Shown piece after piece: positions 50,480 through 64,000 of a stretch of 64,000 bases of DNA (position 1 is the stretch's first letter; each line of letters opens with the position of its first letter). The translations under genes were made by a program, and so were the position numbers. Source of the stretch: Octopus bimaculoides (Eukaryota); assembly GCF_001194135.2 (NCBI RefSeq), contig NC_068981.1:163335844-163399843 (forward strand), read 5' to 3'. Under the pieces are notes generated by a model, which saw nothing but the letters and a program-made list of their open reading frames with translations, was not told the origin of the DNA and made no database searches.

Positions 50480-51900
50480 CATCTGATGACGCCCTTATTC
50501 TGGAGTTTCAGCTAACTTCCTTTAATATACCTTACACATTTCAAAAAGCAAGATAGTATGGCCTTGTGTATTCTAATGTCCATCACATGAACTGTGTGTC
50601 TCACACAGCACAGCAGCTGCTCTACTGTAATATTTGCATATTGCAGGAGATTGGTAATGTGGTCTTGCTTAGAATATTCATTAGAGATCAAAAGTGGTAC
50701 AACTGACAGTTCACCAGCTTTGTGCTTCAATGTTTTTACTAATCAATCACTGAATATAATAAAAATGCTACTGCTGTATCTAGGTTGTTGACATTCCTAT
50801 TAAGATGGTCAGTAACTTATATTATGGGACTCCAGGTAAAAGTTGATACAAAACTTCAGTTACTTTTTACATTAATTGAGAGATTGAGAACTGTTGGTAC
50901 ACAGCAAAATTTTCTGGCTATTTTGCAGAGAGTAAACTACCAAAGCCGAGTCAATCAGTTCATGGCTATACATATCACAACACTTTCTAGGGGACCTTAG
51001 CTTCAATAGTTTTAATAGCCCACCACCACTTATTGAGCAGTTCATACACTCCAGCTAAAAGCTCATTTGCTATCCTTTGTAGCCAAAATTAATATAATGT
51101 TCTAATCAAGTACACAGCACTGCTTTACTTGAGCAACATGAAGAGGGTGAGCTGTCACTCCTAAGAGAAACTATGGCAGTCATATCAAAGAGTTGCTGCT
51201 TTGAGCAGGGTTCACAAACCTGCTGAACATCTGCATAAAGTCAATGAGCATGACAAACAAAGGGATTTCAAGTTCAATAGTCTTTACATGAATGAGTCAC
51301 ATGATAGAAGTGATGTCATAGGTGCTCCTAAAACAGAATCCACACTAATTTACAGGTAGAATTTCAGATTATTTTTATTACAAGCAGGAATATTGCAACA
51401 CTGTTCCCAGTAGCTGAAATACAAGAAAATCCTACACTGTCATTGACTGGAGGGACACTAATTTCAAGTAGTATTCCTTCAGCCAGACACTCAACCATCT
51501 CCTTCCTATTTTACAAGTTATTTTCAGAGAGCAGACTTATAGTACATATTGTTTCAACAGGGATATAAACATGACAATACACACACACATACAACAATAA
51601 TAACAAAATACATACATACATATGTGTGTGTGTGTGTGTGTGTGGATATCATTTATATATATATAATCATTTTTGTCTTTTAACATCTCCAGAAAATGAC
51701 ACATGCCCAAGATGCCATAAAGCAGAATCAAAACCAGCAACTGCAAAGCAAGTTTCTTAAACATTTGGCTATCCAACTACTACACAGTATAAATAAATGG
51801 ACTTTGAATGGGAGCTTGTCAGCTATATTATGCCCGAGACTGAAAGGGCCATGCTTCTCACAAACTGCTAAATTGATTCTGCAGGAAATTTACTTTGAGG
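50480..51900 (-). mobile_element. Highly decayed RTE (BovB-like) LINE
   Basis: Minus-strand remnants EIPLFVMLIDF, LSINVK..TEVLYQLLPGVP, QDHITNLLQYANIT, HVMDIRIHKAIL. Boundaries approximate. Confidence 0.65.
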
Positions 51901-52426
51901 GTACAGTATTTAGCTAAATCAATGGGCCTGTCAGATCAGTTGGCACAACTGAACACACATGGCAAGAAATTAGGAACACGTTCCATTTCATACATGCATA
52001 TTTATTTTCTATGGTTGCATGCCCTTCCTATACAAAGCCCACATTTGTTTCCAAGCAAGGTAATATTTTTCAATGACCAGACAAATTTTCACAGAAGATT
52101 GAAAATAGATGGCACTGCTTATATGATTTACAATTATTACAATATGTCAAGAGTAAGAAGCACAACAAAGACATACACACAACTATATGTATCTATATTT
52201 ATATATCGTAAGCTTCTCATCTATATATATATATATATTTATTATATCAAGCTTCTTTCAGTTGTTGCCTACAAAATATATCCAAAAGAATTTTGTACAG
52301 GATCTATGGTAGAAAACACTTGCCTACGATGCTACAATGTTACTGAACACAAACACACATGGTTCAGAAGCAAACTTCTAAACCACACAATCAATCATGC
52401 ACAGAGAGAGGGAGAGAGAGAGAGAG

Positions 52427-52474
<48 letters not shown>

Positions 52475-52504
52475 AGAGAGAGGGGAGGGAGGAGGGGAGA
52501 GAGT

Positions 52505-52536
<32 letters not shown>

Positions 52537-52783
52537 GAGAGAGACAGACAAATCATTAAGGTGGTTATTCATGATTTACAACCTAAAGGTAACAAGTATA
52601 GTTGTCACTAGAGTGATACAGGTGTGGTTGTGAGGTAAGATGCTTTCTTCCCAACCACATGATCTGGGGTTCAGTCCCACTGTGTGACAACTTGGGGCAA
52701 GTGTCTTCTACTATAGCCTTATAAGTGGATGTGGTAGACAGAAGCTGCAAAGCCTGTCGTATGTATGTATGTATGTACGTATG

Positions 52784-52839
<56 letters not shown>

Positions 52840-53149
52840 NNNNNNNNNNNNNNNNNNNNNNNNNNNNNNNNNNNNNNNNNNNNNNNNNNNNNNNNNNNNN
52901 NNNNNNNNNNNNNNNNNNNNNNNNNNNNNNNNNNNNNNNNNNNNNNNNNNNNNNNNNNNNNNNNNNNNNNNNNNNNNNNNNNNNNNNNNNNNNNNNNNNN
53001 NNNNNNNNNNNNNNNNNNNNNNNNNNNNNNNNNNNNNNNNNNNNNNNNNNNNNNNNNNNNNNNNNNNNNNNNNNNNNNNNNNNNNNNNNNNNNNNNNNNN
53101 NNNNNNNNNNNNNNNNNNTTGTTTTTTTGTGAATTCTCCCTATATATAT

Positions 53150-53499
53150 CATCATCGTCGTTTAACGTCCTCTTTCCATGCTGGCATGGGTTGGACGATT
53201 TGACTAAGGACTGGCGAACCAGATGGCTGCACCAGACTCCAATCTGATCTTGCAGAGTTTCTACAGCTGGATGCCCTTCCTAATGCCAACCACTCTGAGA
53301 GTGTAGTAGGTGCTTTTACATGCCACCGGCACGAGGGCCAATCAGGCCGTACTGGCAATGGCCATGCTCAAATGTTGTTTTTTACGTGCCACCTGCACAG
53401 GAGCCAGTCCAACAGCACTGGCAAGGACCTGGCTCGAATATTTTTTCACGTGCCAGTAAGTTGACGCTGGTAGCAATCACGCTCAAATGGTGCTTTTTA

Positions 53500-53505
<6 letters not shown>
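53150..53505 (-). mobile_element. SINE with RTE-like 3' tail
   Basis: Reverse complement of 55067-55385 (ggaagggcatccagctgtagaaactctg...ggacgttaaacgatgatg). Confidence 0.85.
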
Positions 53506-53577
<72 letters not shown>

Positions 53578-54147
53578 ATGTCTTCTTGTTTATCCTCCAT
53601 CACTGCTTAACAACCAGTGCTGATGTGTTTACGCCCCCATAACTTAGTGGTTCAGCAAAAGAGACCAATAAAATAAATATCAAGCTCTAAAACAAAAATG
53701 TACTGGGGTCAATACATTCAATTAAAAACTGTTCCAAGATAGTGCCCCAGCATGGCTGCAATCTATAATGACTGAGACAAGCAAAAGATAAACGATTACA
53801 CACACGCACAAACATGTATATGAATGACCAAGGGATAGCACCTAGAAAGTTCCCCTCAAAGGCACAAGACTGGGAAAGGTTCTTTGGGAAGTTTAACAGT
53901 CACCTGTGCCTATCAGACTCACCTCTCCATGTTGTCCAAGGAAAAGGCTAAGAACATTACAGCTTGGCACCAGTGATTTCTCAACTCATTTTTGCAGCTG
54001 AGTGAACAGGATCAATGTCAAATAAAGTGTCTCATGCTTAAGAACACAACATACAATCTGGTCTAGGAATCGAACTCATAACCTCATTGTAAGTCTGATG
54101 TTCTTACTGAGCCATGTGCCTTCACTCACACACACACACACACACAC

Positions 54148-54186
<39 letters not shown>

Positions 54187-55066
54187 AAATAAAAGAAAAA
54201 TGATCAAAGAACTCTCCCAACCAAGGCTCACGATGCTGGATACAGAGACTCCAAGGAGTATATACGACCACCCCTGGATGGGACACCAGTCCATAGCAAG
54301 AGTATTTCTGCCAGATGAGTGGACTACAGGAACATGAAATGAAGTGTTCTGCTCAAGAACACAACACATTCCCAGGGACATGAATTGAGACCACAACAAC
54401 TTAACGACTAGATAATGAGTCTCCATTATACTATATTTACTAAACATGAATATACACACAGAAAACACAGTGTATATTTATCAACATAAATATATAAACA
54501 TATATTTTATGGAGTAATGTTTGTTTTTATACTGAATTATAATTAAAAACAGTTTAACATAAAACTGGAGAAATGCTCAATACTTTCCATAGAGAACACA
54601 TATATTACACATTAACAGGAAGAGATGTGACAGTGACTTCCAAGTTTCATCCTGCTTGCTTTTCTCAGACTGTCTGATGAAGGAGAGCAGGATGAAACAA
54701 TTATACTTGAAAGATATATGTATACTTATATATATATATNNNNNNNNNNNNNNNNNNNNNNNNNNNNNNNNNNNNNNNNNNNNNNNNNNNNNNNNNNNNN
54801 NNNNNNNNNNNNNNNNNNNNNNNNNNNNNNNNNNNNNNNNNNNNNNNNNNNNNNNNNNNNNNNNNNNNNNNNNNNNNNNNNNNNNNNNNNNNNNNNNNNN
54901 NNNNNNNNNNNNNNNNNNNNNNNNNNNNNNNNNNNNNNNNNNNNNNNNNNNNNNNNNNNNNNNNNNNNNNNNNNNNNNNNNNNNNNNNNNNNNNNNNNNN
55001 NNNNNNNNNNNNNNNNNNNNNNNNNNNNNNNNNNNNNNNNNNNNNNNNNNNNNNNNNNNNNNNNNN

Positions 55067-55385
55067 GTGCTGGTGGCATGTTTGGAAAATCATTCAAGCG
55101 AAGTCGTTGCCAGTGCCGCTGGACTGGCTCCCGTGCAGGTGGCACGTAAAAAACACCTTTTTGAGTGTGGCCGTTGCCAGTACCATGTGACTGGCCCTCG
55201 TGTCAGTGGCACATAAAAGCACCCACTACACTCTGAGAGTGGTTGGCATTAGGAAGGGCATCCAGCTGTAGAAACTCTGCCAAATCAGATTGGAGCCTGG
55301 TGCAGCCCCCTGTTTGGCCAGTACTCAGTCAAATCATCCAGCCTATGCTAGCATGGAAAGCGGACGTTAAACGATGATGATGACG
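55067..55385 (+). mobile_element. SINE with RTE-like 3' tail
   Basis: gtggttggcattaggaagggcatccagctgtagaaac...agcatggaaagcggacgttaaacgatgatgatg. Confidence 0.85.
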
Positions 55386-56115
55386 AAATAAATACATATA
55401 TATATATATATATAGGCGCAGGAGTGGCTGTGTGGTAAGTAGCTTGCTTACCAACCACATNNNNNNNNNNNNNNNNNNNNNNNNNNNNNNNNNNNNNNNN
55501 NNNNNNNNNNNNNNNNNNNNNNNNNNNNNNNNNNNNNNNNNNNNNNNNNNNNNNNNNNNNNNNNNNNNNNNNNNNNNNNNNNNNNNNNNNNNNNNNNNNN
55601 NNNNNNNNNNNNNNNNNNNNNNNNNNNNNNNNNNNNNNNNNNNNNNNNNNNNNNNNNNNNNNNNNNNNNNNNNNNNNNNNNNNNNNNNNNNNNNNNNNNN
55701 NNNNNNNNNNNNNNNNNNNNNNNNNNNNNNNNNNNNNNNNNNNNNNNNNNNNNNNNNNNNNNNNNNNNNNNNNNNNNNNNNNNNNNNNNNNNNNNNNNNN
55801 NNNNNNNNNNNNNNNNNNNNNNNNNNNNNNNNNNNNNNNNNNNNNNNNNNNNNNNNNNNNNNNNNNNNNNNNNNNNNNNNNNNNNNNNNNNNNNNNNNNN
55901 NNNNNNNNNNNNNNNNNNNNNNNNNNNNNNNNNNNNNNNNNNNNNNNNNNNNNNNNNNNNNNNNNNNNNNNNNNNNNNNNNNNNNNNNNNNNNNNNNNNN
56001 NNNNNNNNNNNNNNNNNNNNNNNNNNNNNNNNNNNNNNNNNNNNNNNNNNNNNNNNNNNNNNNNNNNNNNNNNNNNNNNNNNNNNNNNNNNNNNNNNNNN
56101 NNNNNNNNNNNNNNN

Positions 56116-56162
56116 TATATACACATATAAATATATACATACATATAAATATATACATACAT

Positions 56163-56205
<43 letters not shown>

Positions 56206-56330
56206 AATATATACATACATATAAATATATACATACATATACATACATACATATACATACATATAAATATATACATACATATAAATATATACATACATAT
56301 ACATACATATAAATATATACATACATATAC

Positions 56331-56373
<43 letters not shown>

Positions 56374-56450
56374 CATATATATATGAATATATAAATACAT
56401 ATGAATATATACATACATATGAATATATACATACATATGAATATATACAC
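56116..56450. repeat. TA/CATA-based minisatellite (TATACATACATATAAA-like units)
   Basis: Direct reading. Confidence 0.9.
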
Positions 56451-59234
56451 ACCAGGTGGTTGGGAAGCAAGCTTCTTACCACACAGCCACTCCTGTAGCT
56501 ATGTATATGTATGATATTTATGACTGCCTACATATACAGACAAGATTGTGTGCATGTGTATATATGTGTGTATATGCACTGATGTTCCAAATATGTGTTT
56601 GTATAAATATATATATATATATGCATAGTCATATATATATATACTCGTGTGCATTCACACATATACCTATCTAATGATTAGCTCACATTTCCTATCTTCC
56701 TTTACATATATATTTATATCATTTACATAGTGTACATGTTATAATATTTACCTTATAAAATGTGTACATACATATATATTCACAAGGCATGTGCTCATAA
56801 TATGTATTGGTAGCATATATTGTGTTCTGTGAGATGTATCGGCAGTATATATTGTATTCTGTACATATATTTGGAGAATATGATGTACCATTGTACATTT
56901 AACATATACAAGTAGTCTACAACATACTGTGTAAATATGTATTATATTTGTAGTACACTTATTTAATTACACATACATTTATATGCACACACATATATAA
57001 AACCACACACATATATACATAAAGGTGTGTTGATGCTTACATGTAGGCATGTTTTTATACCAGTAAGTATATTTGCCTGTATAAATGCATGTGCGCACAT
57101 GTGTATGTGCTGCTGTTCCGATCATACATGTCTCATATAAACTGCTTTCCCACTAACCGAACAAAGGTGCTATCTCTTTGCCTCAGCCAAAGTGTGTTTT
57201 TTTTTTTTTTTCCTTCTTTTTATCCAACTTCCAGACTATTCCTTTCAAAATATGCCAGGTTTCACTCTTTGATTTACAATACATAGACCTCATTCTTCTA
57301 TTACCAGGAATAGATTTTCAGCCCCATGTCATGTCTGATTTAGCAAAGCTATGGTGACTAAAGGCATTGCAGCCATGACCATTTTGAATATTTTTATTCT
57401 ACATGACCTGATAGAGTGCTTCATTCTCCAAGACAGTGGACTATGTTTTGACTGAATAGTTGGTTGTAGTTTCTAGTACATGTATAACATTGACTTTAAA
57501 GAACCTTTTGTTCCAATGCCTTTCTGGTTTACTGACTTTTTTCCTAACCAGGAGCAATCACCTCTTAATTAAACACGTATTAAATTTACTCCAATAATTA
57601 AATGAAATAAAAGTATACATTAGTATAGTGTTAGGAAGGACATCCAGCTCATCCAACTGTAGAAACCTTTACAAAGCAGACACTGAAGCACAATGCAATC
57701 CTTGGGCCCATCAGCTCCTGTCCAACCATCCAACCCATGTCAGCATGGAACATGAATGTCAAAATAATGCTGATGATACAAGTTTTTAATACTGTACTAT
57801 GTAAGGTACTGCAAAATAGGGTCACCCAGTAAACAAGCCTGGTGGTTGTGGGTTTTCAAAGTTCCTTCTTGTAAATTATACAAGATGGTTTATAGAGGCT
57901 CCAGACCAACAATGTCCAGAAAGTTGGTGCTGCACTTGCATACTGAGTGAGCTTATACAGACAGCATATATCAAGAGCGTGAGTTTCACTGAACTTTCTT
58001 TTAATTGGACAGTGGATAGACAAAACAGCAAGACATGTCATTTTTGATAAACAAAATAAAATTTGTTAAGCTGTGTGCTATCATTACTAAGATTTGTATG
58101 GGGGCTTTGCTAGTTTCAAAATTTGCTTCTTTTTCTGAATAAAATATACAAAAACATGTTCTATAACCACAACATACTCCATAACCTAGACTTGCACCAT
58201 TATCAACAGTATATACATAATTATACATTTGTATCATCATCATTGTTTTATAGTCCAACTTTCCTTTCTTGCATGGGTCAGATGTTGTTTCTTGAGGTAA
58301 ATTTTCTGTGGATAGATACATTTTCTGCTGCCAACCCTGACCTGTTTTCAAACAAAATAATATTTCCCCATAGCTAGACATATTTTTGAAGAATAGGAGA
58401 TGTGTTTGAATATATTTATATATTAATATATTTGTGCATAAGCTTGTGTGTATGTGTGTGTACATAACATACATATCCACAATACATTTCAACAATACAC
58501 GTACATATACACAAGTATATATATATACATACACAAAGACAATGTAAATATATGGATATTTCTCTATAATACAAAGAATATATATGCATGTATACACACA
58601 TATATGTACATACTTACATCTACATGTGTATATAGATGCATATCAGAGTACAGGACGTTAGAACAATGAACTACAGACAACGGAACTAACACATAGGAAA
58701 ACGGAAAGCCCCTTGGAATATTCCTTCATCAGCTGCCTCTATTCTAACCTGACGTTTCGAAGATCACCCACATACATATACATTCACACATATCCATGCA
58801 TATGTATACACATCAATACACACACACACACATATATATATATATTGTACACACTTTCTCATTCTATCAATTTCTAACTTTATGTGTGTGTATACATGCG
58901 TGTAAGTACAAATAAATACACACACACGAAGGGCTCTCAACAATATGGTCATTATATCATTTCGTGGAACAGGTGATGAATACATAGGTACCTAAAACAA
59001 TTAGCGAAAACAGCACATTCTCGCGAAGTGTTTCAGGTGCCTATTCAGAAATATGCACCTTCTTGGCACTCCTATCCACGACCTAATAATGCAACATGTG
59101 ACTGTTAGGAGGGGTAGAGAGGGTTACAGCAAGTTGGCTGGTATTTTTCAGTAGCCGATAAAAGTGTCATGCTCAAATATAACACGTACCACCTGTAAAA
59201 GGAAGTGAACACATGGCCATATGACCGGGAGCCC

Positions 59235-59286
<52 letters not shown>

Positions 59287-59407
59287 GATGGATGGATCGA
59301 CCGATGGATAGCCAGATATAAGCATTGATAAATATATGCATGTAAAATACATCAATAAAATATACACAGAAAGATATGCCCTATACCCAGCGTAATATAA
59401 AGACTTA

Positions 59408-59945
59408 CAGGGTGCAGCGAAAAACACATCCCAAATTCTACAGCCATTCCAACAGCAAATATACGGTGAGCTCCGACCAAACCATGACGGTAACTGAGAG
59501 AAAAAACCACAATGAACGCACCGCTATCACCTGCCTAACCCTAATATACATTGCAACAAGAGTGGGAGGTTTTCGGCCGCAACCTGTATTTTATAATATA
59601 TATATATATATATGTATGAAGCAGTATATCGTAATTGTTTATGTTTTTGTATATATACATCTTATATATTTACAAATATATAGATAAACAAATATACAAA
59701 CTGAAATACTGAAATACATATATCAAGAGTGCGGCACAAAAATTTACCATATCCTATACGTCTGAATATAATGAAATTAGGCAGGTGCTAATGGTGTCCT
59801 CATGTAGCTAATGTTTTACCGTTATTTTATTGTTCATCTTTTTGTTTAACTTTTCAGTTACCATCACGGTTCGGTCCGGTGCATGCCGTGTGTTGTTGGA
59901 ATATTTACCAAGAATGGCGAAGCAGATATTTTTACCGAACCCCTG
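59408..59945. mobile_element. Decayed Tc1/mariner-like element with about 100-bp imperfect TIRs
   Basis: TA|CAGGGTGCAGCGAAAAAC...ccaaaccatgacggtaactga is mirrored by tcagttaccatcacggttcgg...gaacccctg|TA. Confidence 0.6.
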
Positions 59946-59997
59946 TACATGCTCTTATATGCAAACACACCAACAGATAAATATAACATCATAATAT

Positions 59998-60032
<35 letters not shown>

Positions 60033-60222
60033 TTTACACACACACACATACAGATAGAGAAACAAATATATATACAATATGTATGAGTAAAATATACACA
60101 CAACACATAGGTAAATATATATATATATAACAGACAGACAGACAGACAGACACACAAATAGATAGGCTTACACATCACAGAACATATAATACTTGTATAA
60201 ATATAACTAACACACAAATACG

Positions 60223-60269
<47 letters not shown>

Positions 60270-60352
60270 ATTTGTATTTATAATTATATACATAAATACA
60301 AAATCTGGACACATACAGATAGACAATATTTATCATACAAAATACTACTCGA

Positions 60353-60390
<38 letters not shown>

Positions 60391-60511
60391 ATAGCATATA
60401 TTAATGTGTGTACACATAAATCCGCATACAGACTCATAATGTATATACAGATAATTGAGGGAGGTATGTATACAAATCTAACGCAAACAATTACACAATG
60501 CTTATGACATT

Positions 60512-60553
<42 letters not shown>

Positions 60554-60739
60554 TACCTGTACATAAGATATAAATGTCCATATTCACAAGATCCAATATG
60601 AATACATATGCATCTGTATATGTGGGTTTGAATCTATATGTATATACATCTCTAAGTGTTACATCTATCTATCTACCTCTCAATCTATCTACATACATAC
60701 ATATACGTGTGTGTAGATTGGTATTATATATTCTTTTCT

Positions 60740-60880
60740 ACTCTAGGTACAAGGCCCAACATTTTTGGGGAGGGGACCAGTCGCTAGGACCGACCTTAGT
60801 ACGCAACTGGTAGTTAATTTATCGACCCCGAAAGGATGAAAGGCAAAGTCGACCTCGGTGGAATTTGAACTCAGAACGTT
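60740..60880 (-). mobile_element. Third-family tRNA-derived SINE, partial
   Basis: atcgaccccgaaaggatgaaaggcaaagtcgacctcggtggaatttgaactcagaacg. Confidence 0.85.
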
Positions 60881-61414
60881 GGTATTATATATTAATACTA
60901 TATAGTCACCGGATTCTAACTGTATATGTACCAATTACACATATAAACATTTACATATTAACGTGGTGTGCACACGCGTGGATATATGTGAAATATGCAG
61001 TATATAAACATGCGATATTACTTTTTGTATACACGATTATGTCCGTATATTTTGCCAAGACTCACAAAAAAGTCCATGTAAACACACTGGAGTGAATCGA
61101 ACTATCCAGTATGACCAATATTTCTCGAGTTGGTGTCTAAAATTAAGATATACTGAACAACAGGCTTCCATGTAAACAAAATTTATATACATACACACAC
61201 ACACATACATATATATATATTATATATATGTACTTGTGCACACGCGCACGCACACACAAAAGAAATAATGAAATAGATAAAACGAAATCTTGATATTGGG
61301 ACACCTACTCCACTTAGCATCATGCTACAGAGTAAATATATATATAGATTATGTATGCATGCATAAAAACACATATATTTGCACAGGATTCTCTGTGTGT
61401 AGATAAAGCAAAAA

Positions 61415-61448
<34 letters not shown>

Positions 61449-61599
61449 CCATATATACACGTATATATATACATATACTGAAGACTTACCCAGCGTACCT
61501 AGTCGTTTAGATCACCTGTGAATTGAACCCTCATAATTTGTATACTGATACACACGAGTATATTACAAATAGACGCATTATTATCATTATTTTTTTTTT

Positions 61600-61638
61600 T
61601 TGTTAGGTATAGACTGCATGTATACATACACATAAATG

Positions 61639-61670
<32 letters not shown>

Positions 61671-61753
61671 TGTACATGTATGTACATATATGCATATGTA
61701 TACACATGTATCTATCCGCATGTATAGACATATACATATTTATATGCATATAC

Positions 61754-61802
<49 letters not shown>

Positions 61803-62110
61803 TATANNNNNNNNNNTATATATACATACACACATATATATACACACACATAGATATGCATTTACAAATATATACATGTGTATATACATATATATAAATG
61901 TGCATATACATACATGTGTATAAACATATACATGTGTATATGTATATACATACACACATATATATATGTACACACACATACCTATCTACGCACGCATATG
62001 CGTACATGAGTACATGTGCATATACTAAATCTACAAACAAACGTGTGTATATACACGGATTTGTGTAAATAAAATACCTTACACCTGTATGAATATCTCT
62101 ACAAATATAC
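61600..62110. repeat. Degenerate TA/CA/TG microsatellite field
   Basis: Direct reading. Confidence 0.9.
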
Positions 62111-62388
62111 ATTTTTTTTAAGGGTATGGATTAATTAAACCACGATTTCATGTTTGAGTGAAATTTATTTAAAGTGTCGTTTTGATTTTCTAAGACTGAA
62201 CTGCATGAACTAAGAAAAGTTTGGCTGCCATTTCTAGCAGGCTGTTTTGTTTACTCGATATCGTGGCCATGTGTGTGGGTGTTGTGCGTGTGTGTGTGTT
62301 TTCCTGTCAGTTCCGCTTTTTAACAGCACTCATTATGAATGAATGCCCTTAATCTCTGATTTTATTAATTGCAGGTAAGTTATGCCTT

Positions 62389-62426
<38 letters not shown>

Positions 62427-63099
62427 GTCCAAAATCACGAATACAGGAGATGAAAACGTCGATCTTTTTGTTATTTATTGTTGTCAAACAATGACATTAA
62501 GATTTCTTTTTCTTTTTTTTCATTTCATTCAATAATCAAGAGCAGAGGCGGTAGAGCGTAGAGAATTTTAAGTGCGTCCATCAACTCTTTTCAAATTCAA
62601 TTCCCGCTATTTTAGACTCGTTTTTTTTTTTTCTTCTTTCGTGGCTTCCCGGTTCTTGCATAGGAGAAACACATCGTCATGAATACGAAATCACACATAA
62701 ACATACACAAAGAGGGATCTTCAACCAAGTCTGCTTCAAATTAAACTACTCTTTTTCAGAAAGGGGTCACATTAAACATAGTCTTGGGCTTCATGTGAAT
62801 AGGTAAAGGACAGAATGGTCACGGTTAGAATTCTGTGAATCATGAGTTTGAGCTGACGTGGGGGGGGGGGAGGAAAGCAACAAGCCGGTAAGTGATCATT
62901 CGGCTTGCTAGAGATAGATAAATTTCCCTCAAATCACACCAGCCATGTAGAAAAAGACAGGACACATGGGGTAAATGAAGTCCTCCTATATACCTCTAGA
63001 TGGTCGAAACGACCGTGAGTGAAATACCTTCCGCCAGTACTGATATGGGTTGAAGCAAGAAGCAAATACAAACGTATTGAACAAGAGCGAAAGCAGGGG

Positions 63100-63545
63100 G
63101 ACCAGCTAACGTGAATTACAGCCTGACATTTTGTGGGGAGTAGTAGAATATATTGATCCCAGAGCTCAGCTGGTACTTATTTTACAGACTTTGAAAGGAT
63201 AAACAGCAAAGTCGACGTCTGTGAAATTTGAACTCGGTAAGAAGTGGTGATAAGCATTTTTTTCGACGTGCTAATAATGCCAATAGTCTTTTCTTCTACA
63301 GACACAAAGCCTGCTAATAATAATCTTCTCTACTATGGGCACAAGGCCTGGTATTTGGGGGAGGGATTAAGTCAGTTACATCGACACCCCAATGCTCGGC
63401 GGGTACTTATTTTATTGACTTCGAAAGGGTTAAAAGTCAAGTCGATCTCGGTAGAAAATTAATTTAGAACGTAAAGACGGACAAAATGCTGCTAAGCATT
63501 TTCTCCCGCGTGTTAACGATTCTGCCAGCTCGCCGCCCTCCTGCT
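63100..63545 (-). mobile_element. Two tandem third-family tRNA-derived SINE copies
   Basis: Two iterations of ggtacttattttat...aaagtcgac...ttgaac...; ends gccagctcgccgcc followed by (taa)n. Confidence 0.8.
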
Positions 63546-64000
63546 AATAATAATAATAATAATAATAATAGTAATAGTATTATTGATGTAGGTAAATGTA
63601 ATCCTATGCAGAAACATACATCTGAAAGAATACGGCAATATGGTCACGTCTGGAATGCCTTTGATCATATTAAGTCTGTTCGATCATGGCCGATGTGGTG
63701 ACCAAACTACATAACAGCCAATGTCGAGACCCAATAATGGCGACAATTCAAATGATCAACTGCACACACACACACACACACACAGTGTGCAATCTTGCTC
63801 ATCTTCAAATTTGAGCGTATGTGAGTGTATGTGTAGAGGGTATTCATGTATAAAATGATAGTTCTTCAATCTATCATTTCGTATTGTCGTGCTCCGCGGA
63901 ATTTTCATTATTTTCAGACATCTTGTTTCCACCCCACCACCAAAGACTGACTGAGCAGTAGTGACTGAGTCAGGTGAAAGTTTTTGGAGTTTTATTAACT

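Noticed and set aside
55329-56482. Longest ORFs in the track (up to 373 aa) and all X-rich ORFs
   Set aside because: Artefacts of N-gaps and TA/CA microsatellites.
58715-58764. GAAACGTC...CTGATGA on the minus strand as a type-II hammerhead
   Set aside because: Stem I cannot form and stem II is only 3 bp; at most a repeat fragment.
59405-59495. Apparent exon with a GTAAGT donor
   Set aside because: It is one arm of a mariner-like TIR, mirrored at 59860-59945.
1-64000. CRISPR arrays, rRNA, operon-like or prokaryotic systems
   Set aside because: None seen; the sequence is eukaryotic intronic/intergenic DNA.

Overview
Animal genomic DNA, AT-rich and gapped (12 N-runs, most flanked by (TA)n), and saturated with microsatellites, tRNA-derived SINEs, TTAA-, TA- and hAT-type MITEs and decayed LINEs. 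The repeat repertoire points to an octopus (inference from recalled repeat families; species not determinable). Apart from a few that overlap transposon remnants, the ORFs in the supplied track are artefacts of gaps, microsatellites or chance. The one host coding sequence I can support is absent from the track: a 74-nt minus-strand exon at 31262-31335 with strong splice sites. It encodes [24 protein letters not shown], the PBC-A-domain exon 2 of the TALE homeobox gene extradenticle/Pbx. Exon 1 is not visible and may lie in gap 31681-31921, just downstream of a TATA-like motif near 32040. Exon 3 is not visible either, so positions 1-31261 are probably a very large intron 2. Copies of the same SINE families keep their CpGs at about 18.4-35 kb and 58.6-64 kb but lose them at 1-18 kb and 35.6-58.6 kb, which suggests a fossil methylation map around the locus. 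Other points of interest are PBX/MEIS-type motifs clustered inside the Pbx intron, Penelope-type hammerhead-like motifs, and several unusual inverted-repeat elements. I found no evidence of a new multi-gene system.
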